From NCBI RefSeq assembly GCF_002477955.1, contig NZ_DLLE01000052.1: DNA of 64,000 bases, one strand, 5' to 3'. Source of the DNA: Treponema sp. UBA7570 (GTDB taxonomy: Bacteria > Spirochaetota > Spirochaetia > Treponematales > Treponemataceae). Positions 19,974 to 29,384 of this stretch are shown here, piece after piece; positions within the stretch are counted from its first letter, which is position 1; the number at the start of each line of letters is the position of its first letter. The translations under genes were made by a program, and so were the position numbers. The notes under the pieces were generated by a model. The model was not told where the DNA came from and ran no database searches. It was given only the letters and a program-made list of their open reading frames with translations.

Positions 19974-20810
19974 ATGAAACAAAAAAACAAAAAAAATAAA
20001 CTTTCTGGAGCCGAAGGTTTTGATTCATATTATTCAGAAATTTTTGGTTCAAGATGGAATTTGTTGAAGCCGTCTCTTTACGGCAAAAATCAGCTTGCAG
20101 AATTTAATGCCGGCGGAAGCGAAAGTTATTTTCTTGACAGCGCTTCTGTTCGCGCCGCAGTAACTCTTCCATTAAAAAATGCCAGGACTGTTTTGGACAT
20201 GTGCGCCGCTCCTGGAGGAAAAACAATTGTCCTTGCAAGCTGCATGGAAAAAAATGCTGAGCTTTTGGCAAATGAACGTTCGTCTGAGCGCAAAATCCGC
20301 CTTTTTCATTCTGTGGAAAATTGTCTTCCAGAAAATGTAAAAAAACGTGTCAATGTAATTTGCAAAGATGGAGCTATACTTTGCCTTGCAGAATCAAACA
20401 GATTTGACCGAATTTTGCTCGACGCTCCATGTTCTTCCGAAAGGCATGTTCTTTGCGATTTGAATTATTTAAAAGACTGGTCGCCATCGAGAATTAAAAC
20501 TCTTGCAATTGCCCAGTGGTCGCTTTTGTCTTCTGCATGGCGCATGCTCAATGTGGACGGATATATGGTTTATTCAACCTGTGCACTTAATCCGGACGAA
20601 AATGACAATATCATAAAAAAACTGTTAAAAAAATTTGACGATGTGGAAATTTGTGAACCTAAAATTTCTTCAGATGTAAGCAGCTTTTGCAATGCGACTT
20701 TGCCTGAAGGCGAAAAAACAGAGTTTGGAAGCCATGTTTTGCCAGACACTTGCAATGGAGCAGGACCTCTTTATTTTTCACTTTTGCATAAAATTGGCAT
20801 AATAGAATAA
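19974..20810 (+). CDS. RsmB/RsmF (NOL1/NOP2/sun) RNA m5C methyltransferase
   Basis: LDMCAAPGGKT, ILLDAPCSS, VYSTC. Confidence 0.9.
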   Translation: MKQKNKKNKLSGAEGFDSYYSEIFGSRWNLLKPSLYGKNQLAEFNAGGSESYFLDSASVRAAVTLPLKNARTVLDMCAAPGGKTIVLASCMEKNAELLANERSSERKIRLFHSVENCLPENVKKRVNVICKDGAILCLAESNRFDRILLDAPCSSERHVLCDLNYLKDWSPSRIKTLAIAQWSLLSSAWRMLNVDGYMVYSTCALNPDENDNIIKKLLKKFDDVEICEPKISSDVSSFCNATLPEGEKTEFGSHVLPDTCNGAGPLYFSLLHKIGIIE

Positions 20811-20880
20811 AAATAATAGAAGAATTTAAGTTTAAGTGCTAAAATGGTAGAGGTTTATTTTAAAAATTAAGAGGAAAGAG

Positions 20881-22137
20881 ATGGCTTCAACTACAAAGGA
20901 ACAGAAACTTCAGAGCATTATTGAGATGGAACGAATGCTAAATGAAATTCAAGATTTGGATGTTCTGCTGGAAAGAATTCTAACGGAAGCAAGAAAAATT
21001 GTTCATGCAGATGCCGGCTCGATTTATGTAGTTGAAGGAAATAATTTAAGAATAAAATATGCACAAAATGACACCCAGTTAAAAACTGTTCCTGCGGGCT
21101 CAAAAATTCCTTATGTTTCTTTTTCCTTTCCTATTTCAAAAAAATCAATTGCCGGTTACTGCGTGGTTTCCGGAAAATCTGTAAATATTGCCGATGCTTA
21201 TAATCTTTCTGAAGATTTGCCATTTTCGTTCAACAAAGCGACTGACAAAGAAACTGGATATCGTTCAACTTCAATGTTTTGTATTCCTTTAAAAATTGCC
21301 AGCGGAAAAATTCTTGGAGTTCTCCAGATTATAAATGCTCAGAATGAAAATGGAAATGTAATTCCTTTTGACTCTGATGCTGAACTTTATATTACGCATT
21401 TTGCGGCAAGTGCGGTTCAGGCTCTTGAACATGCCCGTCTTATCGGAAATATGATAAAATCACTTCAACTTATGGCACAGTTTCGAGATCCGAAAGAAAC
21501 TTTTAAGCATGTCGAAAGGGTTTCTTCGTTTTCGATTGAAATTTATGACCGCTGGGCAGTGAATAATAATGTTCCATTCCTTGAACAGCAAAAATACCGT
21601 GATAATTTAAAGATTGCCGCAAAATGCCATGATTTTGGAAAAGTTGCCGTTCAGGACGCAATTCTCAAAAAAATAACGCCGCGGTTAACTTGCGACGAAC
21701 GTAATATTATGAAAGGTCATACTTGCGCTGGAGCCTTGATTTTTAATGAGCCTGAATCCGCCCTCGAAGAAATGTGCCGAGATGTTGCCTTGAGACACCA
21801 TGAATGGTGGGACGGGCAGGATAAAGGTTATCCTGGAGATTTTGATTTTTCAAAATATGAGCCTGGAATGGCTATTCCTCAGGCAAAACCCTTAAAAGGC
21901 GAAGAAATTCCTCTTGCCGCGAGAATTGTTTCGATTGCCGATGTTTTTGACGCTCTAAGCCATAAACGTGCTTATAAAAGCGCATGGTCTTTGGAAGATT
22001 CTTTTTTTGAAATCGAAAAACTTTCCGGAACTCAGTTTGATCCATCATTGGTAATGGCTTTTTTGCAGATAAAAGATCGTATTATTGCAATCAATTCTGC
22101 GTTTGAAACAAATGGTTCTGCTGAGGATATTGACTGA
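20881..22137 (+). CDS. GAF + HD-GYP domain phosphodiesterase
   Basis: N-terminal GAF; HDFGK, HHEWWDG..GYP, ARIVSIADVFDAL...RAYK. Confidence 0.92.
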   Translation: MASTTKEQKLQSIIEMERMLNEIQDLDVLLERILTEARKIVHADAGSIYVVEGNNLRIKYAQNDTQLKTVPAGSKIPYVSFSFPISKKSIAGYCVVSGKSVNIADAYNLSEDLPFSFNKATDKETGYRSTSMFCIPLKIASGKILGVLQIINAQNENGNVIPFDSDAELYITHFAASAVQALEHARLIGNMIKSLQLMAQFRDPKETFKHVERVSSFSIEIYDRWAVNNNVPFLEQQKYRDNLKIAAKCHDFGKVAVQDAILKKITPRLTCDERNIMKGHTCAGALIFNEPESALEEMCRDVALRHHEWWDGQDKGYPGDFDFSKYEPGMAIPQAKPLKGEEIPLAARIVSIADVFDALSHKRAYKSAWSLEDSFFEIEKLSGTQFDPSLVMAFLQIKDRIIAINSAFETNGSAEDID

Positions 22138-22144
22138 TATTTTT

Positions 22145-22630
22145 TTAGTTCTTTTTTGAAAAATTTTCGTTTACGATAAGCTGGCTTGTTTTTCGCTCAA
22201 AACAGTCTGCAAATTTTTTTAATTCTCTAATTCCGTAGCGGCTTGCATTTTTTTCTGAAAGCCCAAGCTGTGCAAGGTTGAGGTTGAAATTTCTTTCACT
22301 CAAGCGTTCGTGTATATTGTCTTTTGTAAAAGCTGTTCCGCGATCATTCATTACGAAGATTTTTTTTTCTACAAGCCGTGCTGCAAATGGAATGTCCCTT
22401 GTAATTACGATGTCGTTGTTTTTTGCATTTTCAAAAATAAAATTATCGGCGGCACCTTCTTTTTTTTCGCAGACAATCATTTTAAAAAGAGGGTTGTTCT
22501 TTGGATGGGAAATTTCATGGTTTGCGACAAAATTAACATTTAAGTTTTTTGCTTTTGCTATGTCGATTACATAATTTTTTACAGGAAGAGGGCAGGAATC
22601 GGCATCTATCCAGATGAAAAATGAATACAT
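22145..22630 (-). CDS. YaiI/YqxD (DUF188) family protein
   Basis: IWIDADSCP, AADNFI, DIVITRDIPFA. Confidence 0.9.
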   Translation of the reverse strand: MYSFFIWIDADSCPLPVKNYVIDIAKAKNLNVNFVANHEISHPKNNPLFKMIVCEKKEGAADNFIFENAKNNDIVITRDIPFAARLVEKKIFVMNDRGTAFTKDNIHERLSERNFNLNLAQLGLSEKNASRYGIRELKKFADCFERKTSQLIVNENFSKKN

Positions 22631-22640
22631 TTTTTTGCAC

Positions 22641-22940
22641 CTATGCTTTTAAAACCTGATCAAGTTTTTTTATCATTTCGGAAGTCAGTTTTTCTGCTTT
22701 TTCGTTGCTGAGCGAAGTTTTTTGAGAAACTGAACTTTTTGATTTTTCTTTGTAGAGTTCGTCGCAGAGCATTATTCCTGCGAGAATTGAAATATGGAGT
22801 TCAGATTTTAACATTCCACTTTTTTGAATTTCGTTTACGATATTTTTATAATAGCCAAGCAACTTTTTAAGATAGTTATCATCTTCACTTGCTTTTATTG
22901 AAAAAGATGTTCCTAAAAGCTCTATTTTCAATGTTCCCAT
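22641..22940 (-). CDS. zapA: Cell division protein ZapA
   Basis: KIELLGTSFSI...ILAGIMLCDEL followed by coiled coil; 99 aa. Confidence 0.85.
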   Translation of the reverse strand: MGTLKIELLGTSFSIKASEDDNYLKKLLGYYKNIVNEIQKSGMLKSELHISILAGIMLCDELYKEKSKSSVSQKTSLSNEKAEKLTSEMIKKLDQVLKA

Positions 22941-22960
22941 TAAACTGCCTTTTTGGTTTA

Positions 22961-23464
22961 TTAAAAAATATCAAATGACGGCTGAATTGTCTCTGTTTTT
23001 TCAGAAGATTCTTCGTTCTTAACTGAATTTTCTTGTTCTGTCTGCTGGTTCTGAACTGGAATTGCTGTATCAAACGAGTGCTGAACTGCTTTATCTTGAA
23101 TTAAACTGTTTTCTGTATTTTTTTGTTCGAAAGAATTTTGAATTGAAGTTTGTTCTGTAGTTTTGTCTGCTTGCTGAACTAGTATTTGCGGTTGTTTTTG
23201 TACAGACGCTTGAACACCTGCTGTTGCCGTATGAACTGCATTTTCTACAGCATTTAAACGTTCAAGCGCCTTTAAAATTCCTTCCTCGATCTTGCCTTGA
23301 TCTGTCTGAAAACTAGAAAATTGCTCCGTTTTTGCTGAAAGTGCGTTTGTGAGCTCTGCGCATTTTCTACGCAAAGCAGCATTTTCTGCATTAAGCTGTA
23401 CGATTTTCGCAACAGCATTTTCTACTTTTTCTTCAAGAAGAATGACTTGATCGAGTGAAATCAT
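22961..23464 (-). CDS. ZapB-like coiled-coil protein
   Basis: MISLDQVILLEEKVENAVAKIVQLNAEN coiled coil, Q-rich tail, directly upstream of zapA. Confidence 0.7.
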   Translation of the reverse strand: MISLDQVILLEEKVENAVAKIVQLNAENAALRRKCAELTNALSAKTEQFSSFQTDQGKIEEGILKALERLNAVENAVHTATAGVQASVQKQPQILVQQADKTTEQTSIQNSFEQKNTENSLIQDKAVQHSFDTAIPVQNQQTEQENSVKNEESSEKTETIQPSFDIF

Positions 23465-23482
23465 TTTTACGTCTCCGTAAAA

Positions 23483-23842
23483 TTATTTGCTGAGCGCTTT
23501 TTTTGCAACTTCAACAACAGCTTTGAATGCTGCTGGGTCTTCAATAGCCATGTTTGAAAGAGCCTTTCGGTTCAATGTTACACCTGCTTTGTTAAGCCCA
23601 TCAATAAAGCGTGAGTAAGAAAGACCTTCATCACGAACAGCTGCATTGATACGTGCAATCCACAACTGGCGGAAATCGCCTTTGCGGTCTCGGCGGTCAA
23701 CATAAGCGTGGCGAAGAGCCTTTACAACAGCGTCTTTTGCTGCTTTGTAGTTTGTTCCGCGGCGTCCAGTAAATCCGCTTGCAAGTTTAAGAATCTTTGA
23801 ACGGCGGTTATTGCGTTTTGTTCCATCTATTGCTCTAGACAT
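23483..23842 (-). CDS. rplT: 50S ribosomal protein L20
   Basis: [16 protein letters not shown]...YSRFI...LNRKALS. Confidence 0.98.
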   Translation of the reverse strand: MSRAIDGTKRNNRRSKILKLASGFTGRRGTNYKAAKDAVVKALRHAYVDRRDRKGDFRQLWIARINAAVRDEGLSYSRFIDGLNKAGVTLNRKALSNMAIEDPAAFKAVVEVAKKALSK

Positions 23843-23866
23843 TTTATTCTCCTTTAATTAACGGTA

Positions 23867-24067
23867 TTAGCCGTATGGAAGCTGCTGTTTGCGGATTCTT
23901 GCTGCTGAATCTTCAGAAAGAATTCCAGCGCCACGAAGGTGCATTTTGCGTTTTGGTGATTTCTTAGTCAAAATATGACGAAGATTCATTTTCTTGTACT
24001 TTACTTTGCCAGTTCCAGTAAGAGAGAATCTCTTAGCTGAGGCTTTCTTTGTCTTCATCTTAGGCAT
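23867..24067 (-). CDS. rpmI: 50S ribosomal protein L35
   Basis: [19 protein letters not shown]...HILTKK. Confidence 0.98.
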   Translation of the reverse strand: MPKMKTKKASAKRFSLTGTGKVKYKKMNLRHILTKKSPKRKMHLRGAGILSEDSAARIRKQQLPYG

Positions 24068-24086
24068 TTTACTTTACCTCATTCCT

Positions 24087-24614
24087 TTACTTGACTTTCG
24101 AATTTAAGGTCATCGACATGAAACGGCCTTCCATTGCTGGCGCCTTTTCAATTGCGTATGAACCTTCACGAAGTCTTTTTTCTACTTCTTTCAGGACATC
24201 AAATCCAAGTTCTGTGTGGGCAAGTTCACGTCCGCGGAAACGAATCGTTACTTTTACTTTGTTACCATCATCAAGGAATTCCTGAATATGTTTTGCCTTA
24301 GTGTCAAGGTCGCCTGCGCCGATTTTTGGCTGCATGCGGATTTCCTTATTCTTAAGGGCTTTTTGGTTCTTGCGGGAATCACGGAGTCTTTTTTCCTGCT
24401 CGTACCGATACTTACCAAAGTTAAGAATCTTGCAAACCGGCGGATTTGCGTTAGGGGACACTTCAACAAGGTCGAGATTTCTCTCTTTTGCTAATTCCAG
24501 TGCGTCGCGAGTTGAAATAATTTTTACTTCACTCTTTTCACCTTCACCATCAATCAAACGAACTTCACGAACACGAATCTGTTCATTGATTCTTAAACCT
24601 TTAATGTCTGCCAA
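24087..24614 (-). CDS. infC: Translation initiation factor IF-3 (probable TTG start)
   Basis: [45 protein letters not shown] at 24614. Confidence 0.96.
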   Translation of the reverse strand: MADIKGLRINEQIRVREVRLIDGEGEKSEVKIISTRDALELAKERNLDLVEVSPNANPPVCKILNFGKYRYEQEKRLRDSRKNQKALKNKEIRMQPKIGAGDLDTKAKHIQEFLDDGNKVKVTIRFRGRELAHTELGFDVLKEVEKRLREGSYAIEKAPAMEGRFMSMTLNSKVK

Positions 24615-24763
24615 CGTTCCTCCTAGTGTTTTACAAAACACTTGTATCAATAAGTCTTTACATAATATCAAATTCTGAGATTCTTTGTCTAGTTGTTTTT
24701 TCTCTGTTTTTGTATCTGCTGTATTGAAAAAATAGAACTTTGCTGATATTTTTTATTGCACCT

Positions 24764-25402
24764 ATGTATTTGTTTTCTTTTTTGTTGTTTCCAATAGTAA
24801 CTTTTTTTAAAGCGTGTTCTGATTATAAGAAATTAGGTTTTGAATACTTAAAAAGCCGTTTTTTAATTGTGCTTTTTGGCGCTTTGAGCGGTTGTGCTCT
24901 TTGTGCAATTTTTGAATTTTGTATTTTTGTTCCGGAGTATCAGGGAACTGATGCCGCGTTTTTCTTTTTATTGCAGTGGATTTTTAGCTTTTTTATTCCG
25001 TCGCTTTTTTTTGTTTTTTTTATTTTGTGGTCGAATGATGAATGGCGGGTACGAATTGACGGCTTTTTGTATTTTTTTCTTCCTTTTTTGTGCGTTTATG
25101 TTCCATTTTGGCTTTTTACAAAAAATGCGGAACTTTCGTTCTTTATGCTTTTTGTTTTGCCGGTGATGTTCCTTTTTGAAGTTTTTGCGCTCGAGACTGA
25201 TGTCAAGGCTTTTTATTTGAATTTAAAAAACAAGTCTGCAAAATGTGTGCTTAACGTTTTTTTTATTTTGGCCGAATCCGTTTTTGCTTCGCTTGTTTTG
25301 ACTCTTTATTATTTTGATTTTGACTGGTGGATCTGGGGTTCTGCCTGTGGTGTTTTTGCAGTTTTGTGTCTTTTTAGATTTTGTTTTAAGGTGAAAAAAT
25401 AG
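24764..25402 (+). CDS. Hypothetical polytopic membrane protein
   Basis: Phe/Leu-rich with about 6-7 hydrophobic segments; start uncertain (24740 or 24764). Confidence 0.6.
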   Translation: MYLFSFLLFPIVTFFKACSDYKKLGFEYLKSRFLIVLFGALSGCALCAIFEFCIFVPEYQGTDAAFFFLLQWIFSFFIPSLFFVFFILWSNDEWRVRIDGFLYFFLPFLCVYVPFWLFTKNAELSFFMLFVLPVMFLFEVFALETDVKAFYLNLKNKSAKCVLNVFFILAESVFASLVLTLYYFDFDWWIWGSACGVFAVLCLFRFCFKVKK

Positions 25403-25414
25403 TTTTTTTTAGAA

Positions 25415-25509
25415 AGATGCGCTCCGTTCCGCAGTGGCGGCAAGGCCGGTCCGAAGGACTGAGGGTTACCGAACCACGGAGAAACGCTGGACGGTAAAAT
25501 TTGCGCCTG
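25415..25509. other. GC-rich nested-stem intergenic element
   Basis: Nested pairs GCGC/GCGC, CCGTTCC/GGACGG, GTGG/CCAC, CGGCAA/TTACCG, CGGTCC-GAA-GGACTG. Confidence 0.5.
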
Positions 25510-25517
25510 AAAAAAAC

Positions 25518-25578
25518 AAAAAGGCTGTAAAAAGCAGTGCCTGTAAAAAATTGGCATTTGCTTTGAACAGCCTTTTTT
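25518..25578. terminator. Long inverted repeat between convergent genes (bidirectional terminator or MITE-like)
   Basis: AAAAAGGCTGT-AAAAAGCA-GTGCC...GGCAT-TTGCTTTGA-ACAGCCTTTTT. Confidence 0.65.
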
Positions 25579-25597
25579 TATTAAGAAGTGGCAAATC

Positions 25598-26596
25598 CTA
25601 GTCGAGCGCGTGTCCTGCTGAGCCTAAAACGTCGATGTTTTTGTGCATGTACATTTTTTTGAGCTCGTCGCGGGCCGGCCCAAGGTATTTTCTAGGGTCA
25701 AATTCGCCCGGGTTTTCTGCAAGAACTTTGCGGATGATGGCTGTCATTGCAAGGCGTCCGTCTGAGTCGATGTTGATTTTGCAAACGGCGGATTTTGCCG
25801 CTTTCCTGAGCTGCTCTTCTGGAATTCCGACTGAATCAGGAATTTTTCCGCCGTACTGTTCAATCATTTTTACATACTGGATTGGCACGGAAGATGAGCC
25901 GTGCAGTACGATAGGAAATCCTGGAAGCTGTTTTTCGATTTCCGCGAGAACGTCGAAGGCAAGCGGCGGTGGAATTAAAATTCCGTCGGCGTTGCGGGTG
26001 CACTGTTCCGGAGTAAATTTGCAGCGGCCGTGAGAAGTTCCAATCGAGATTGCGAGGGAATCGCAGCCTGTTTTGCGGGTAAAGTCTACGACTTCTTCCG
26101 GTTTTGTGTAGTGGCTTTCTGCCGCGCTTACTTCGTCTTCAACTCCGGCAAGAACGCCGAGCTCTGCTTCTACGGTAACGTCGAATTTATGTGCGTAGTC
26201 AACGACCTGCTTTGTGAGCGCAATGTTTTCTTCGTATGGAAGCGAAGAGCCGTCGATCATAACTGAAGAAAAACCGTTGTCGATACAGTCTTTTGCTACT
26301 TCAAAGCTAGGACCGTGGTCAAGGTGAAGGACGATCGGAATATCGCAGCCAAGCTCATGAGCATATTCAACTGCGCCGCGAGCTAAATTTCTGAGGATGA
26401 ATTTGTCTGCATACTGGCGGGCGCCTTTTGAAACCTGAAGAATTACAGGAGATTTTGTTTCTACACAGGCCTGGATAATTGCCTGCATCTGTTCCATGTT
26501 GTTGAAGTTATAGGCAGGGATTGCATATTCGCCTTTTATTGCCTTCGCGAAAATATCGCGGGTGTTTACGAGTCCTAAATCTTTGTAATTTACCAT
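25598..26596 (-). CDS. fba: Class II fructose-1,6-bisphosphate aldolase
   Basis: VLHLDHG, SSVMIDGS, VEAELG, LAISIGTSHG, VLHGSS, KINIDSD, FDPRKYL. Confidence 0.97.
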   Translation of the reverse strand: MVNYKDLGLVNTRDIFAKAIKGEYAIPAYNFNNMEQMQAIIQACVETKSPVILQVSKGARQYADKFILRNLARGAVEYAHELGCDIPIVLHLDHGPSFEVAKDCIDNGFSSVMIDGSSLPYEENIALTKQVVDYAHKFDVTVEAELGVLAGVEDEVSAAESHYTKPEEVVDFTRKTGCDSLAISIGTSHGRCKFTPEQCTRNADGILIPPPLAFDVLAEIEKQLPGFPIVLHGSSSVPIQYVKMIEQYGGKIPDSVGIPEEQLRKAAKSAVCKINIDSDGRLAMTAIIRKVLAENPGEFDPRKYLGPARDELKKMYMHKNIDVLGSAGHALD

Positions 26597-26704
26597 AAAA
26601 TTCTACGCCTCCATTGGTGTTGTTCTCTTGCTGTTATTATGCAGCGTCAGAAACGAAAAATCAAGTTAAGAAGAAAATGTGCAGATTCGTGTAAAGTTTT
26701 TGGT

Positions 26705-26802
26705 TTTTAGAAAATAATGATGCTAAAAGAGTTTGACAAAGGACAAAGAGAAAAATATAATTTGGAATGTTATATAATTATTTTAGAAAATAATGCCGAT
26801 AA
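26705..26802 (+). promoter_or_regulatory. flaA promoter region: consensus sigma70 promoter, sigma28-like -10 box, 15-bp direct repeat
   Basis: TTGACA(26733)-N17-TATAAT(26756); GCCGATAA at 26795; TTTTAGAAAATAATG at 26705 and 26781. Confidence 0.7.
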
Positions 26803-26847
26803 TTAAATTGCCGTATTATCAAGTAATACGCATGAAGGAGTTTTTAG

Positions 26848-27609
26848 ATGAAAAAAAGCGTTGTTGCTTTAACTAGTCTTGCTCTTCTTTTTGGATTCTG
26901 TGCTCCGGTATTTGCACAGCCAAGCAGCAGGGCGGTTGAAACTTTTATTGTTGATGATTTTGACAATAAAGGTGAAAAAAATGCATACCAGAATATGGCT
27001 GGTACTGAGTTGTGGACTTGGGGTGTTCAGGCAAGCCGTTTCATTGAGGAAGGTTTTCCGAAAAAAGATTTTGTGCCTGGACAGCCAAATTCTCTTAAAG
27101 TTTTAAATAGAGATAAAAATGCCGAGCCTAAAGTTCTCGGTGTAAAGACTAAATTTGCACGCAAGGGAGAAAACTGGTTTGAAGTTTACCCTGAAGTTGA
27201 CGGAAAACCTTATGAAATTCCTTTTGTTGGAACTTGCACACAGATAGATTTCTGGGTTTGGGGCGCAAACTATCTTTATTACATCGACATTCTTGTTCGT
27301 GACTCTGATGGCCGCGTTCATACTCTTCCTGCCGGAAATCTTGCATTTAACGGCTGGAAAAATGTTATTGTAACAGTTCCTACTTCTATCCGTCAGCACT
27401 CAAGGCTTCGTAGCGGTCCTGATACAATGATGTTTGTTGGTTTTAGAGTACGTACTGATCCAGATGAATTTGTAGATGATTTTAATATCTTCTTCGATCA
27501 GCTTAAATATACGACAAATACTTTGAGCAATATTTTTGATGGATATGAGCTTAAAGATATTGATTTTGGTGATTCATCATCAAGCTCAAGCAGTGAGGAT
27601 GCAAAATAA
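26848..27609 (+). CDS. flaA: Flagellar filament outer layer (sheath) protein, FlaA family
   Basis: Signal peptide; KVLGVKTKFARKGENW, IDFWVWGANYLY, GNLAFNGWKN, FFDQLK. Confidence 0.88.
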   Translation: MKKSVVALTSLALLFGFCAPVFAQPSSRAVETFIVDDFDNKGEKNAYQNMAGTELWTWGVQASRFIEEGFPKKDFVPGQPNSLKVLNRDKNAEPKVLGVKTKFARKGENWFEVYPEVDGKPYEIPFVGTCTQIDFWVWGANYLYYIDILVRDSDGRVHTLPAGNLAFNGWKNVIVTVPTSIRQHSRLRSGPDTMMFVGFRVRTDPDEFVDDFNIFFDQLKYTTNTLSNIFDGYELKDIDFGDSSSSSSSEDAK

Positions 27610-28322
27610 TGAAAAAGTTAATTTCTGTAATTTTTACATTGGCGGCGGCAAGTATTGCTTTTGCACAGAGTTCTAGCCTTTCAGATCCTGATCCAACAAT
27701 TATCGGCGCAGATTCTGCAAAACAGGCTCTCCGTGAAATTTCTGTAGATAAATTTGAAGTTGAAGGCTCTTGGAATGCTTCGATTTCTCCAGATTTTGGC
27801 GTGATTTCTAGCCGGCTTTTTGACGGTTCGCCAGCAATGAAAGAACCTGTAAAAGGTGATGAGAATGCAGAAGATTCAAAGGTTTTGGGCGTTAAGGTTG
27901 AATTTTTTAGACGCGGTATAAATTCTTTCTTTATCCGTTCTGCTCGTCCAATTCCGATTGAAGGTGTTACGAAGACTGTTTCTGTTTGGGTAGCAGGACG
28001 CAATATTGGACATAGTCTTTATCTTTTAGTTCAGGATTATTTTGGAAACAACTTTGAACTTTATATGGGAAATCTTGCATTTTCTGGCTGGAGAAAGATG
28101 ACGGTTGCAATTCCTCCAACTCCGGATGGAGAGCATGGAATTATCCAGCAGAGTGCTTACGATGGAATTAGACCAGGACTTCGTATTCTTGGATTTAGAA
28201 TTGACTGTGATCCAGCTCTTGCTCGCGGTCAGTACTATATTTATTTTGATGCATTGAATGCTGTAACTGATCTTTATGACGTTGAAAACCGTGATGAAGA
28301 TGATATTATGGATGACTGGTAG
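27609..28322 (+). CDS. flaA: Flagellar filament outer layer protein, FlaA family paralog
   Basis: KVLGVKVEFFRRG, IPIEGVTKTVSVWVAGRN, GNLAFSGWRKM, YIYFD; acidic DDW C-terminus. Confidence 0.88.
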   Translation: MKKLISVIFTLAAASIAFAQSSSLSDPDPTIIGADSAKQALREISVDKFEVEGSWNASISPDFGVISSRLFDGSPAMKEPVKGDENAEDSKVLGVKVEFFRRGINSFFIRSARPIPIEGVTKTVSVWVAGRNIGHSLYLLVQDYFGNNFELYMGNLAFSGWRKMTVAIPPTPDGEHGIIQQSAYDGIRPGLRILGFRIDCDPALARGQYYIYFDALNAVTDLYDVENRDEDDIMDDW

Positions 28323-28343
28323 TCGATAGACTTTCTTAAAAAA

Positions 28344-28415
28344 GGGACCGTTCTAAAAGTTTTATTCTAAGTGATTTGTTATGAATTGCGATGGATTGGC
28401 TTTTTGAATAGTCCC
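28344..28415. repeat. Imperfect terminal-inverted-repeat element (MITE-like or terminator) after the flaA pair
   Basis: GGGACCGTTCTAAAAGT ... GCTTTTTGAATAGTCCC, flanked by A and T runs. Confidence 0.5.
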
Positions 28416-28430
28416 ATTTTTTTTTGCGTG

Positions 28431-28535
28431 AGGGGCATTAGTGGCCGCGATGCGGGTGCAGAGCACCGAAAGCGCGAAGGCGCTGTAGCCACGTTTGACC
28501 CGACGTTTTTTTTTGTAAAAAAAAACGGCACGCCC
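28431..28535 (+). repeat. Intergenic repeat family B, divergent copy
   Basis: AGGGGCATTAGTGGC...GCCAC...GACCCGA-[CGT9-GT-A9CG hairpin]-GCACGCCC; same layout as the 45469 and 49722 copies. Confidence 0.5.
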
Positions 28536-29284
28536 TAATTGATTTTATAAATCCAGCTTTTTCCCTTCTTTTTATCTGTTTTTTTTATGAGATGCATTTT
28601 TTCCAGAAGCCAGATTAAGAGCGTGTAGCATTTTACGCATGATTTGATGTTTGTTTTTGAAAAATTCTGAGGCCAATTTTTTTTTAAAAGGGCTTGCTGT
28701 AGTTCTGGCGGCGTAAAAAAATCTGGAAGCGACTGTGGAAGCAGGTTTTTCCAGTCTTCTTTTGTGTGGAAAATTTGTTTTGAATTGATTGTTTCAAGAA
28801 TTTTGTCGGTTACAAGATAGTTTTTTAGATGCCGGCGGCTTTTTGTTTTGTTTTGGACGGTTTGTTCTGTTTGACGGCGGATTTCTGTAATTTTTACATT
28901 TAAAAACTCTATAGAAAGATTTTTATTTCCTAAAAATGTGTAAATTCCTGTAAGAGAGCGGAGCGCGGTGTAGACGGTTTGTTTTGCCGGGCTTTTTCTT
29001 TTTGAAAGAAGGGTTGCGTCTGGAGAAAAAGTTTTTATGATTTTTTCTTCGATTAGCGGATGAACGATTTTTATTTTTTTATTTTTGTTTAGAAAATATT
29101 CGATTTTTCGTTTTAGAGCAGAAATATTTGAAGTTTGGATCTCGATTATCTCGTCGTTTTGAGTGATTATGTCGCAGATAAAACGTCCGGATTTTTGTTC
29201 GGTTTTTCCGCTGAACTCAAGCGCGTAGATGTTTTTTAGCGTACGATGTAGGGAATTTTCATTGTATGTGTTTATGACTGTCAT
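28535..29284 (-). CDS. Hypothetical basic protein with PD-(D/E)XK/CoiA-like nuclease motif
   Basis: ENSLHRTLK...TEQ...ICDII...IIEIQTS pattern; Lys-rich; possible winged-helix C-terminus. Confidence 0.6.
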   Translation of the reverse strand: MTVINTYNENSLHRTLKNIYALEFSGKTEQKSGRFICDIITQNDEIIEIQTSNISALKRKIEYFLNKNKKIKIVHPLIEEKIIKTFSPDATLLSKRKSPAKQTVYTALRSLTGIYTFLGNKNLSIEFLNVKITEIRRQTEQTVQNKTKSRRHLKNYLVTDKILETINSKQIFHTKEDWKNLLPQSLPDFFTPPELQQALLKKNWPQNFSKTNIKSCVKCYTLLIWLLEKMHLIKKTDKKKGKSWIYKIN

Positions 29285-29356
29285 TTTTTTTGTTGCTTTT
29301 GTTTATTTGTTTTTGTTGCTCAATTTTTTTTTGTTCTAAACATTAAAATATTCATT

Positions 29357-29384
29357 TTATCGGCTAAAAAAGTGGTTGACTTTA
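29357..29384 (-). promoter_or_regulatory. Sigma28 (FliA)-type promoter for the 28535-29284 gene
   Basis: Minus strand TAAA-N16-GCCGATAA, a perfect consensus match. Confidence 0.6.

Noticed and set aside
22631..22640. 6S RNA, often found next to zapA or the 5-formyl-THF cyclo-ligase gene
   Set aside because: The gap after zapA is 10 nt and the gap before the cyclo-ligase gene is under 50 nt, leaving no room.
25455..25490. Hammerhead ribozyme or SRP RNA in the 25415-25509 element
   Set aside because: CTGAGGG...GAAAC does not match the CUGANGA core with a proper stem II, and the SRP CAGG...GGAA...AGCAG motif is absent.
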